Below are positions 10,201-19,361 of a stretch of 64,000 nt of DNA, piece by piece. The position numbers were made by a program, and so were the translations under genes. Each line of letters starts with the position of its first letter. The first letter of the stretch is position 1. The notes beneath the pieces are model-generated. The model was given only the letters and a program-made list of their open reading frames with translations, was not told where the DNA came from and searched no databases. Source of the stretch: an uncultured Gemmatimonadales bacterium (GTDB lineage: Bacteria > Gemmatimonadota > Gemmatimonadetes > Gemmatimonadales > GWC2-71-9). Location of the stretch: positions 771,568 to 835,567 of the forward strand of contig CAWCMH010000001.1 of assembly GCA_963796635.1 (NCBI GenBank), written 5' to 3'.

Positions 10201-11798
10201 AGCAGCGTTGGGGCGTGATCGTGGTGGTGGCCGTGCTTTCGTTCCTGACCGGCGGCTGGCTGCTGCGCGGCGCCATGCCGCAAGCGCAGTTGCGCGGACC
10301 GCAGCTGCTGCAGACGGTACTCCAGTACATGAGCCGTTATTACGTCGACTCGATCCCCAATGACAGCCTCTACCAGATGGCGGCGGCCGGAGCGGTGAAG
10401 GAACTGGGTGATCCGTATTCGACGCTGGAGCAGGATCAGGATTACCGCGCGCTGAGCGAGGAGACCACCGGCAACTACGGCGGGCTGGGCATGCAGATCG
10501 ACGTCCGTGACGGGTGGATCACCGTCGTCGCGCCGTTGCCGCAGACACCCGCGGAGCGCGCCGGCATTCTGGCGGGCGACCAGATCGAGCAGGTCAACGG
10601 TACGTCGACGCAGGACATCAGCCAGGACCGGGCGCTCAAGCTCCTGCGCGGCGACGCCGGCACGCACGTGCAGCTCAAGGTGCATCGCCCCGGGATCGGT
10701 CAGCTGCTGTCGTTCTCACTGGTGCGCGAACGGATTCACAGCTCGTCGGTGCAACCCGGAGTCATGCTCGGCGACAGCATGGGCTACGTGCGCCTCAACA
10801 CGGTGAGCGACAGTTCGGCCGTGGAATTGCGCCGGCAGGTTGACACGCTGCTCAAGCAGGGCATGAAGGGGCTGGTGCTCGACCTGCGCCAGAATCCGGG
10901 CGGCCTGCTGACACAAGGCATTTCCGTCGCGGGCATGTTTCTCGATCCGGGCCGCAAGATCGTCGAGACGCGCGGCCGCATGGCCGACATGAATCATGTG
11001 TATGCCGACAGCGCGCCACAGCTCTGGCCGACGTTGCCCGTAGTGGTGCTGGTCAACGAGTACACCGCGAGCGCGGCCGAAATCATCGCCGGCGCGCTGC
11101 AGGACAACGATCGCGCGGTGGTGGTCGGCACGGCGACATTCGGCAAGGGCCTGGTGCAGACGCTCTGGTCGTTCGGCAACGGCGAGGGGTTCAAGCTCAC
11201 CACCGGTCGCTGGTACACGCCGAGCGGCCGGACGATCCAGCGCATCGCGAAGGACCAGGCGGATCAATACCAGCTCGCCGAAGCCGAGGCCACTCGCGCC
11301 GATGGTCACTGGCTCGACTCGCTGCCGTCGTTCCGGACGGTGAGTGGCCGCATCGTCAAGGGCGGCGGCGGGATCGTGCCGGATCGCATTGTACGATCCG
11401 ATACGCTGACCCGGGGTGAGACCGACTTCATCGCAGCGCTGGGCAGCAACGTGTCGACCTATCAGGACGCACTCGTGGCCGAGGCCCTGCAGCTCAAGGC
11501 CAACCATGGCGTCGCCAACCCGGATTTTCCGGTGACGGACGCCATGCGCCAGGCCGTGCTCGATCGCATGAAAGCCAAGGGCGTCACGCTCACGCCGGCC
11601 GAGATCGCTGGCGGGACAACGCTGCTCGATGATCAGCTGGCGTATCAGGTCGACCGTTACGTCTTCGGGCAGGGCGCGGAGTTGCAGCGGCGGACCGCCG
11701 ACGACCCGCAGGTTCGTGCTGCGCTGGCAATGTTGCGCGAGGCGCCGACTCGTGCCGGCCTCATGGCGCAGGTCTCGGGCGGTCCGTCGGAGCGGTGA
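10197..11798 (+). CDS. S41 family carboxy-terminal processing protease (PDZ + S41)
   Basis: DPYS, GLGMQI, DLRQNPGG, TASAAEI, GTATFGKGLVQ, YTPSGR. Confidence 0.93.
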   Translation: MKQRWGVIVVVAVLSFLTGGWLLRGAMPQAQLRGPQLLQTVLQYMSRYYVDSIPNDSLYQMAAAGAVKELGDPYSTLEQDQDYRALSEETTGNYGGLGMQIDVRDGWITVVAPLPQTPAERAGILAGDQIEQVNGTSTQDISQDRALKLLRGDAGTHVQLKVHRPGIGQLLSFSLVRERIHSSSVQPGVMLGDSMGYVRLNTVSDSSAVELRRQVDTLLKQGMKGLVLDLRQNPGGLLTQGISVAGMFLDPGRKIVETRGRMADMNHVYADSAPQLWPTLPVVVLVNEYTASAAEIIAGALQDNDRAVVVGTATFGKGLVQTLWSFGNGEGFKLTTGRWYTPSGRTIQRIAKDQADQYQLAEAEATRADGHWLDSLPSFRTVSGRIVKGGGGIVPDRIVRSDTLTRGETDFIAALGSNVSTYQDALVAEALQLKANHGVANPDFPVTDAMRQAVLDRMKAKGVTLTPAEIAGGTTLLDDQLAYQVDRYVFGQGAELQRRTADDPQVRAALAMLREAPTRAGLMAQVSGGPSER

Positions 11799-12634
11799 TC
11801 GCACCGCGCATCGCCGTGGTCGGCCCGGGCCGCGTGGGACTGTCGCTGGCGCGGGCCCTTGTCGCCAGCGGCGCGACCGTCGCGGTGCTGGGCCGTGAGG
11901 CGGCGGCGCTCCCCGAGCCGCTTGAGCCGGCCTCTCCGGTCTGGGAACCGATCCTCGGCGCCTCCGACATCATCGTGGTCGCGGTTCCGGATGACGCCAT
12001 TGGAGATGTGGCGCTCACGCTCGCCCGCGGTGGCGCCGTCGGCGCAAACCACGTCGTGCTGCATACCTCCGGGCTGCATGACCGCTCGGCCCTCGCGGCG
12101 CTCGCCGGGTCGGACGCGGCACTGGGCTCCTGGCACCCGCTGCAGACGTTCACGAACCCCGCGGGAAACCCGGAGCTGCTGGCGGGAGCACCCGCCGTCA
12201 TCGAGGGTGACGCGCGCGCGTGTGACGCCGGTCGCATGGTCAGCGAACGCCTCGGCATGGCTCCGGTGCTCGAGATCGCGGCCGACCGCAAGGCCTCCTA
12301 TCATGCGGCGGCGGTGTTCGCGTCGAATTACGTGGTGGTGCTGGCGGACATCGCGGCGCGCCTGGCTCGCGACGCAACCGGGACGGCGTGGCCCCAAGGA
12401 TTGTTCCTGCCCCTGATGCGCCAGACCGTGGACAACCTCGCTGGCGGTCCGATCGCCGCGCTCACCGGCCCGGTGCGCCGGGGCGATGTTGGCACGATCG
12501 AGCGGCACCTGCGGGCGCTGGAAGGACAGGAACGGGTGATCTACCTGGCGCTCGCCCGCGAGGCGTTGCGCATCGCACGCGAAGCCGGCCTCGACGCGCT
12601 CGCCGCGGAGGCAGTGGAACGGGTGCTTTACTGA
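11795..12634 (+). CDS. Rossmann-like and DUF2520 domain protein (possible PanG-type ketopantoate reductase)
   Basis: GPGRVG, AVPDD, HTSG, HPLQTF, YHAAAVFASN, LTGPVRRGD. Confidence 0.85.
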   Translation: MIAPRIAVVGPGRVGLSLARALVASGATVAVLGREAAALPEPLEPASPVWEPILGASDIIVVAVPDDAIGDVALTLARGGAVGANHVVLHTSGLHDRSALAALAGSDAALGSWHPLQTFTNPAGNPELLAGAPAVIEGDARACDAGRMVSERLGMAPVLEIAADRKASYHAAAVFASNYVVVLADIAARLARDATGTAWPQGLFLPLMRQTVDNLAGGPIAALTGPVRRGDVGTIERHLRALEGQERVIYLALAREALRIAREAGLDALAAEAVERVLY

Positions 12635-13290
12635 GCGACGACCTTGGTCCCGCCGGGGGGATGGCAGACAAACGTCGCCGGAGGAATCGACGGATTGATC
12701 CGGATCTGGGACAACTGCAGGATGCGTTTGGTGTCGCGTGACTCTTCGATCTCCAGCTTCCGCGGCATGTTGGATTCGCGATCGAACCAGATCGTGGCGC
12801 GGCGGAACGGGAGATCGGTGCCGATCGGCTCCATCAGTACCGCATCGGTCATGTGCCCGTCGAGCGTCTCGCTCTTCACGTAGGTGATGCGATAGCGATC
12901 GGTGGCGTCATCCAGAAAAGTGCCCAGCAGGTTGCTGCCGTATGTCGGATGATTCTGCAGCGGATATCGCAGCACCTGGCCGGGCGTCTCGCTCGGGGTG
13001 TAGACCCAGAGGTATCGACCGTCGGCCACAATCGCATCCTTGGGCGGGTCGGTGAAGCGCATGGCGAAATGGTTGGTCCCCTCCTGGTACAGCGTGCCCT
13101 TGCCATCGACCATCTGCACCATCTTGTCTTCGAAATGCTGATGGAAGGTGGCTTCGAAACTGCTCAGCGCCTGGTAGGCACGGGTGGCGCGCTCGACGAC
13201 GGCGACGCCAGGATCGCCGCCTGACTGTGCACGAACGCCGGGCGTGACCAGTGCGCTGAGCGCGAGGGCAAGCACCGTGGCGCGATTCAA
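12628..13290 (-). CDS. lolA: outer-membrane lipoprotein carrier protein LolA
   Basis: Signal peptide; ATFHQ, GTLY, IVADGRYLWVYTP, C-terminal FxxxPPxG. Confidence 0.8.
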   Translation of the reverse strand: MNRATVLALALSALVTPGVRAQSGGDPGVAVVERATRAYQALSSFEATFHQHFEDKMVQMVDGKGTLYQEGTNHFAMRFTDPPKDAIVADGRYLWVYTPSETPGQVLRYPLQNHPTYGSNLLGTFLDDATDRYRITYVKSETLDGHMTDAVLMEPIGTDLPFRRATIWFDRESNMPRKLEIEESRDTKRILQLSQIRINPSIPPATFVCHPPGGTKVVAQ

Positions 13291-14324
13291 ACCGCGCTTC
13301 CCGCCGTGGCGACGGACCGACCGATGACCTCGGCAATCGCCGCCACATCATGCATCATCCGGTCGAACTGTTCGGGATACAGGCTCTGCGCGCCGTCGGA
13401 CAGCGCGCGTTCGGGATTGGGGTGCACTTCGATCAGCAGTCCGTCGGCGCCGGCGGCCACCGCGGCGCGCGCCATCGGGGCAACCATGTCGCGGTGCCCG
13501 GTTCCGTGACTCGGGTCGGCGATGATCGGCAGGTGCGACAGGCCGTGCACCACCGCGATGGCGGCAACGTCGAAGAGATTGCGCGTGGTGGTGTCGAACG
13601 AGCGAATGCCGCGTTCGCAGAGGATCACGTCGGGATTGCCTTCGGCGAGGATGTATTCGGCCGACAGCAGCAGCTCCGTCACGGTGGCGGCAAGCCCGCG
13701 CTTGAGCAGCACGGGTTTGCGCAGATGCCCGCATTCCTTGAGCAGCGGATAGTTCTGCATGCTGCGGGCGCCGATCTGGATGATGTCGGCGGTGCCGGCC
13801 ACCAGCGCGAGGGTCTCGGTGTCCATCGCCTCGGTGACGATGAGCAGCCCGGTTTCGCGCCGCGCCAGGTCGAGCAGTTCCAGGCCACGCGCGCCCATCC
13901 CCTGGAACGAATACGGCGACGAGCGCGGCTTGAACGCGCCCGCACGGAGCACGGTTGCGCCGGCGGCCTTGACGATGCGCGCGGCGGCGAGAATCTGCTC
14001 TTCGCTCTCGACCGAACACGGCCCCGCCATGACGACGACTTCACGATCGCCAATGACCGTGCCGTCGGGGAGCGCGATGCGGGTCGGTTCGGCGCGCCAT
14101 TCGCGCGACACCTGCTTGTAGGGCTTGGAGACGTGGATGATCTCGGCCACGCCGCGCAGGCCACCCAGGGTCGACGAATCCACGCGGCCGTCGTTGCCGA
14201 CCAGTCCCACCGTGGTTCGTTGCCGGCCCGGCATCGGTCGCGCTTCGTAGCCCATCGCGACGATGGTCGATACCACCTCGGCGATGTCGGTCGCCGTGGC
14301 ATCCGGCTTCATGACGATCAGCAT
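13287..14324 (-). CDS. aroF: DAHP synthase, class I-beta with N-terminal regulatory domain
   Basis: AGPCSVES, GAFKPRSSPYSFQG, QIGAR, LLKRG, CERGIR, DPSHG, IEVH. Confidence 0.95.
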   Translation of the reverse strand: MLIVMKPDATATDIAEVVSTIVAMGYEARPMPGRQRTTVGLVGNDGRVDSSTLGGLRGVAEIIHVSKPYKQVSREWRAEPTRIALPDGTVIGDREVVVMAGPCSVESEEQILAAARIVKAAGATVLRAGAFKPRSSPYSFQGMGARGLELLDLARRETGLLIVTEAMDTETLALVAGTADIIQIGARSMQNYPLLKECGHLRKPVLLKRGLAATVTELLLSAEYILAEGNPDVILCERGIRSFDTTTRNLFDVAAIAVVHGLSHLPIIADPSHGTGHRDMVAPMARAAVAAGADGLLIEVHPNPERALSDGAQSLYPEQFDRMMHDVAAIAEVIGRSVATAGSAV

Positions 14325-14342
14325 GATCGAAACATAGCCGCG

Positions 14343-17300
14343 TCAGACCGGCCCGGCGTGCTCCGCGATGCGCACGCCGACGATCGAGGACACGCCGAGT
14401 TCCTGCATGGTCACGCCGTACACCGTATCGGCCGCCTGCATGGTCCGGGGGTTGTGGGTGATCACCAGGAACTGCGTCTGCTGCTTGAATTCATCGAGCA
14501 GCAGCAGGAAGCGGCCGACATTGGCATCGTCGAGCGGGGCGTCGACTTCATCCATCAGGCAGAACGGACTCGGCTTGGTGAGGTAGATCGAGAACAGCAA
14601 CGATACCGCGACGAGCGTGCGCTCGCCCGACGACAGCAGGTGGATGCGCTGGGTGCGCTTGCCGCGCGGCGCAGCATGGATCTCGATCTCGGATTCCAGG
14701 GGATCGTCGGGATCCGTGAGCCGGAGTTCGCACTCTCCGCCACCGAACAGCGTCTGGAAGACGTGGTGAAAGCTGGCGCTGACGGCATTGAACGTTTCGA
14801 GGAACAGCGTCCGCGCGGTGCCGTCGATTTCCTTGATCGCCTGCAGCAGCGACTGGCGCGCGGCCACGAGGTCGTCGCGTTGCGCTTGCAGGAAGGCGAG
14901 GCGCTTGCTCTCGTCGGCGTGTTCCTCGATGGCGAGCGGATTGACCAGGCCGATCACGTCGAGTGCGTTGGCGATCCGCTCGGCCTCCACCTCCAGGGCA
15001 TCGATGTCGAGGTCGAGCGACGGCGCGCTGTCGACCAGCGCCTCGAACGGTCGCTTCCATTCCGCTTCAATGCGTTCGACAATGCGCCGGCGCTGCGCCG
15101 CGGTCTCGGCGACGTCGAGTTCCAGCCGGTGATGCTCCTCGGTCAGCAATTCCACGGTCCGGCGCACGTCGGCGAGATCCGCTTCGCGCTCGGCGAGCGC
15201 CTGTTCGGCGTCGCGCAACACCGATTCCGCCTCGGCCATCGCGGTCGTGAGGGCGCTGGCGCGCTCGTGCAGGTCGTCACGCCGTGCGGCCCAGGCGGTT
15301 CGCTGCTGCTCCACCAGCACCATGTCGGCGTCGAGACGGCTGATCTCGTCGGCGCGGGCGCGGCCACTGGCCTCGGCGTCGACAATCGTCTGCCGGCAGC
15401 GGGCGATCGTCTCGGCGGCCGAGCGGAGCCGGGCGCCGATATGGGCATCCTGCACCTGCCATTGTGCGCGGGCGTCGCGCGCCTGTTCCTGGTCGGTTTC
15501 CAGGGCCGCGAGTGCAGCGCGGGCGGTGCGCAACTCGTCGTCGAGTCGATCCCGTTCGCCGCCACGCTCGCGTAGCGCGACCTCGACTTCGCCGCGGCGC
15601 GCTTCGGCGCGCTGCTGCCGCTCCGCGAGGCGGTCGAGTTGGGCCACGGCGTCGGCCAACTCGCGATCGAGATTGATGCCGTGTCGCACGGCATCCTCGC
15701 GCGCGGCAATCGCCTGGCGCTCGCGGTCGCGCGCCTGCTCGGCCTGCTGATCGGCCTCGAGGCTCGCCGCCTCGAGCGTGCGCAATTCGTGCTCGGTGGC
15801 GGCCCGGCGCTCTTCGGCCGTCGCCAGCGCCTCGGACGCGGTGTCCACCTGCTGCTTGAGCGCCTTCAACTCGGCCCGGCGCCGAATCGGACCACTCGAC
15901 GGTGACGTACCCGTGAGGTACACCGCGCCATTCGCGCGGCGGACCGCGCTCGCGTCGGTCACGCGAGATCCACCGACCAGCGCGGCGGTCCACGCGACAG
16001 CCACCGGCTCGACCCGAAGCCGCTGGTCGACCTCGCCGCCCGGCATGTCGGGCCCCGGATCGACCGGCAGCAGCACCAGTGCACCCGGATGCGCCGTCGC
16101 ATGCCAGGCTTGCACGGCCGCGACCGTCGCGCGATCACGCACGAGCACAGCCTGCGCGAAGTCGCCCAGCAATTGTTCCGCAACCTCGGCCTGATCGTTG
16201 TCGGTCGTGATGAAATCGGCGAGCGGCCCGAGCACGCCGCCGCCAAACTCGTCGCGGTGGGACAGCAGCGCGGCGGCCGCGGGCGCGAGCCCGACGCGGT
16301 CACGTTCCAGCGCCTCGAGCGCCGTGCGTCGCGCGGTGAGCACGGCGACATCTTCCTCGAGCGCCCGGCGCTCGGCGACTTCGCGCGCTTCGCGATCCCG
16401 GGTCTCGCGCAAGCGCAGGCGTGCCTGCTCGGCCGTGGCCGCGCGGTGACGCAGCTCGTCGGTGTGTCGCAGCGCCGCGTGTTCCGTTTCCGTGGCGCGC
16501 TCGGCGGCCACGCGTCGTTCGCCGGTGAGTTGCGCACGATGGGCCTCGCCCTCGCCGTGACGCTCGCGCAGCGAGGTCAGTTCGCCGTCGAGGGCGGTGC
16601 GCTCCCCTTCGAGCGACCGCAACTGTTCGGCGGCCTGTTGCAACCGGTGCTCGAGCTGGCGCACGGCATCCCGCTGCGCGTTGAGTCGCTGGCGCACGGC
16701 GTCCTCGGCGGCGGTGCGGCCAGCCAGTTCCTGCTGGACTTGCGCATGCTCGGTTTCGGCGACGGCGTGTTCGTCGGTGGCGACCTGCAGCTCGCGATGC
16801 GCCTGTTGCAGGCGCAATTCCAGATCGTGACGCTCTTCGGCGGCGCGTCGGCGGCGGTCGGTGGCGTTGATGATCCGTTCCGCGGCCAGTGCCAAATCAC
16901 TGTCGACACGTTCAAGCTGCAGGCGCAGATCCGCGAGCTCGTCCGCCACGGCCGTGCGATGCCGCTCCGCGCCCTGACGATGCTGCGCCGCGGATTCGCG
17001 GGCCGCGTCGACCGTGTGGATGCGCGACCGATGCGTCGGCAGCTGCGCCGTCAATTCCGCGTGGCGCTGCTCGAAGCTGATGGCGTCGTCGGCCAGTTGC
17101 GCCAGCCGCTTGCGTCCGAGCGTCATGGTCACCGCGAATTTCTCCTCGTTCAACGCGGTGTGCCGTTCGGTCTTGCCTTTCTGGCGCGCCAGCGAGCGAA
17201 TCTGCGACTGCACCTCGGCAATGAGATCTTCCAGCCGTTGCAAGTCGGCTGCGGTTTCATCGAGCCGGCGTGCCGTGGTATGGCGGCGGTCCCGATACAG

Positions 17301-17804
17301 CCCGACGCCCGCCGCTTCCTCGAACAGCGAGCGCCGCTCTTCGGCGCGGTCGGACAGCAGCAGGTCGATCATCTTCGCTTCGATTACGACGCCGGCGTCA
17401 CCGCCCAGTCCGGTGCCGCGCAGCAGGTCCTGCACATCACGCAACCGTGCCGGGGCGTTGTTGAGCAGGTAATCGCTCTGGCCCGACCGCGACAGGCGGC
17501 GAGTGATGACGACTTCGGTGTACGGCGTCGGCAACTGGCCGTCGCTGTTGTCCAGATACAGCGACACTTCGGTGACGTTCACCGGGCGACGGCTCGCCGC
17601 GCCCTGGAAGATCACGTCCTCCATCTTGCCGCCGCGCAGCAGCCGCGCCGACTGTTCGCCGAGGACCCAGCGCACCGCATCGGAGACGTTCGACTTGCCG
17701 CACCCGTTCGGGCCGACAATGGCGGTGACACCGTCGTCGAAGGACAACGTGACGGTGTCCGCAAATGACTTGAAACCGGACAGCTCGAGCCGGGTGAGTT
17801 TCAT
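14343..17804 (-). CDS. smc: chromosome segregation protein SMC
   Basis: GFKSF, GPNGCGKSN, long coiled coils with hinge, LSSGE, DEVDAPLD, ITH. Confidence 0.96.
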   Translation of the reverse strand: MKLTRLELSGFKSFADTVTLSFDDGVTAIVGPNGCGKSNVSDAVRWVLGEQSARLLRGGKMEDVIFQGAASRRPVNVTEVSLYLDNSDGQLPTPYTEVVITRRLSRSGQSDYLLNNAPARLRDVQDLLRGTGLGGDAGVVIEAKMIDLLLSDRAEERRSLFEEAAGVGLYRDRRHTTARRLDETAADLQRLEDLIAEVQSQIRSLARQKGKTERHTALNEEKFAVTMTLGRKRLAQLADDAISFEQRHAELTAQLPTHRSRIHTVDAARESAAQHRQGAERHRTAVADELADLRLQLERVDSDLALAAERIINATDRRRRAAEERHDLELRLQQAHRELQVATDEHAVAETEHAQVQQELAGRTAAEDAVRQRLNAQRDAVRQLEHRLQQAAEQLRSLEGERTALDGELTSLRERHGEGEAHRAQLTGERRVAAERATETEHAALRHTDELRHRAATAEQARLRLRETRDREAREVAERRALEEDVAVLTARRTALEALERDRVGLAPAAAALLSHRDEFGGGVLGPLADFITTDNDQAEVAEQLLGDFAQAVLVRDRATVAAVQAWHATAHPGALVLLPVDPGPDMPGGEVDQRLRVEPVAVAWTAALVGGSRVTDASAVRRANGAVYLTGTSPSSGPIRRRAELKALKQQVDTASEALATAEERRAATEHELRTLEAASLEADQQAEQARDRERQAIAAREDAVRHGINLDRELADAVAQLDRLAERQQRAEARRGEVEVALRERGGERDRLDDELRTARAALAALETDQEQARDARAQWQVQDAHIGARLRSAAETIARCRQTIVDAEASGRARADEISRLDADMVLVEQQRTAWAARRDDLHERASALTTAMAEAESVLRDAEQALAEREADLADVRRTVELLTEEHHRLELDVAETAAQRRRIVERIEAEWKRPFEALVDSAPSLDLDIDALEVEAERIANALDVIGLVNPLAIEEHADESKRLAFLQAQRDDLVAARQSLLQAIKEIDGTARTLFLETFNAVSASFHHVFQTLFGGGECELRLTDPDDPLESEIEIHAAPRGKRTQRIHLLSSGERTLVAVSLLFSIYLTKPSPFCLMDEVDAPLDDANVGRFLLLLDEFKQQTQFLVITHNPRTMQAADTVYGVTMQELGVSSIVGVRIAEHAGPV

Positions 17805-17865
17805 CGCCTGCAGGGTGAAGGTTCAGGACTGGGCCACGACGCTCCATCGGCCGGAATTGGCCGCA

Positions 17866-17874
17866 AAGATAGCA
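17866..17874 (-). promoter_or_regulatory. putative extended -10 promoter of smc
   Basis: TGCTATCTT (TGn + TATCTT) about 60 nt upstream of the smc ATG. Confidence 0.5.
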
Positions 17875-17881
17875 GGAGCGG

Positions 17882-19357
17882 TCAGGGTGCGCCGCTGCCC
17901 GGCGTGATGATGAAATACGAGCGACCCAGGCGTTTGCCCACCGAGTCGGCGTCGCTCCGAGTGGTGTACGGTCCGACCACGACGCGGTAACCTTCGGTCG
18001 CCGTCCCCGGGTCGAGAACCTTGGCCGGAAAGCCGCCGTCCTTGAGTTGCTGCGCGAACGCCTTGGCCCAGTCCGGATTCTGTGACGACGACACCTGGAG
18101 ATACATCGGCGCGTCGCCGGGCACCGCCGCCTTGGCGGCAGCCGCGGGCGGGACGGCGGCCGGGACCGGCTTGGCGTCCGGGCTTGACGGCGGGGCGGGC
18201 GTCGCGGGCGCTGGTGGCGAGGTTTGCGCCAAGGCGGTCGTTGCCGGTTGTTCGACGATCCAGGGCAGCGTGAGGTAGCGGTCCGCGGCGCCGCCCAGCA
18301 GGACGCCAACGTTGTGGCTGGTGTCCTGGTTCAGGTCGACCGCGACGAGGTCCGCCTTCGAACGAACCAGCAGCGTCCTGCCGTCGATGACCTGCGGCAG
18401 GTTGTCCCCCCACGGCGCCACGCGCGTGCTGGCCAACGCCCAGCGCGCGAGATCGATGACCCACAACTTCTCGTCGGGGCCACTGGCCAGAAGCCAGCGG
18501 CCACTCCGATCGACCCGCAGCGCCTCCACGGCGGCCGGCAACGGCAGTTCCTGAAGCACCTTGCGCGTGAATCGGTCGATCATCACGAGTCCCCCGGTCT
18601 TCCGCCCGACGTAGAGCCGGTGGCCCGATGGTGAAAACGTGGCGACGGTTGGTGTGTCGCGCAGTCGAACGGTGTGCACCGACGTCGGCTTGCGCCCGCG
18701 TTCGAGCCGGCCGGTCGGATCGGCGAAGGTGACCCCGCTGTCCGTGACGATCGCGACAAGATCGCCGATCCAGGTGGTCGTGACCCGGCCGGCGGGCACC
18801 GCGAGATGGCGTACTTCGCCGGTCGTCCCGAACACGGCGAGCTGGCCGGGACGGTTGCCCACGGTGATGACGTCCTCGCCGGGACCCCGCAGCAGCACCG
18901 CGCCGCGATCGACCACGGCCTTCAAGGGCGACAGCCCGCGACTCCCCATGCGCAGCACGTGTCCGGCGGTGTCGATGCCCAGGATCGTGCCGTCGGGGGT
19001 CGTGACGAATTGCTTTGCGCTGGTCGGCACGTCGCGCCAGCGGCGCGCCTGCATGTCGAGCGCGATCAGGTGGCCGGCGTTGTCGAGCGCATACACCGTC
19101 CGCGCTTCGGGCACGGCGCCGAGCAGTCGGGCGATGGTGGGCAAGCCGCCGGTGATGACCCATTCGCGCGGCGTGAGCGTGGTGGCGCGCAGCAGTTCGG
19201 CGGTGCCGCCGGCACGCACGATACGCAACAGCGAGGCATCGCTGGGGGGCGTCGCTACCGACGCCGGCAGGTGCTTCGATTCCGGCGGCACGTCATGCCC
19301 GCCACATCCGGCGAGCGCGGCGACGGCCAGGAGCGCGAGTCCCGCACGGCGTTGCAT
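17882..19357 (-). CDS. SPOR-domain lipoprotein with beta-propeller-like region
   Basis: Lipobox LAGC; FSPSG-type propeller repeats; Pro/Ala linker; YLQV and YRVVVGPY SPOR motifs. Confidence 0.8.
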   Translation of the reverse strand: MQRRAGLALLAVAALAGCGGHDVPPESKHLPASVATPPSDASLLRIVRAGGTAELLRATTLTPREWVITGGLPTIARLLGAVPEARTVYALDNAGHLIALDMQARRWRDVPTSAKQFVTTPDGTILGIDTAGHVLRMGSRGLSPLKAVVDRGAVLLRGPGEDVITVGNRPGQLAVFGTTGEVRHLAVPAGRVTTTWIGDLVAIVTDSGVTFADPTGRLERGRKPTSVHTVRLRDTPTVATFSPSGHRLYVGRKTGGLVMIDRFTRKVLQELPLPAAVEALRVDRSGRWLLASGPDEKLWVIDLARWALASTRVAPWGDNLPQVIDGRTLLVRSKADLVAVDLNQDTSHNVGVLLGGAADRYLTLPWIVEQPATTALAQTSPPAPATPAPPSSPDAKPVPAAVPPAAAAKAAVPGDAPMYLQVSSSQNPDWAKAFAQQLKDGGFPAKVLDPGTATEGYRVVVGPYTTRSDADSVGKRLGRSYFIITPGSGAP

Positions 19358-19361
19358 CAGC

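Noticed and set aside
14343-17804. SMC as a Wadjet or other defence component
   Set aside because: Canonical full-length Smc in housekeeping context, with no jet-like neighbours.
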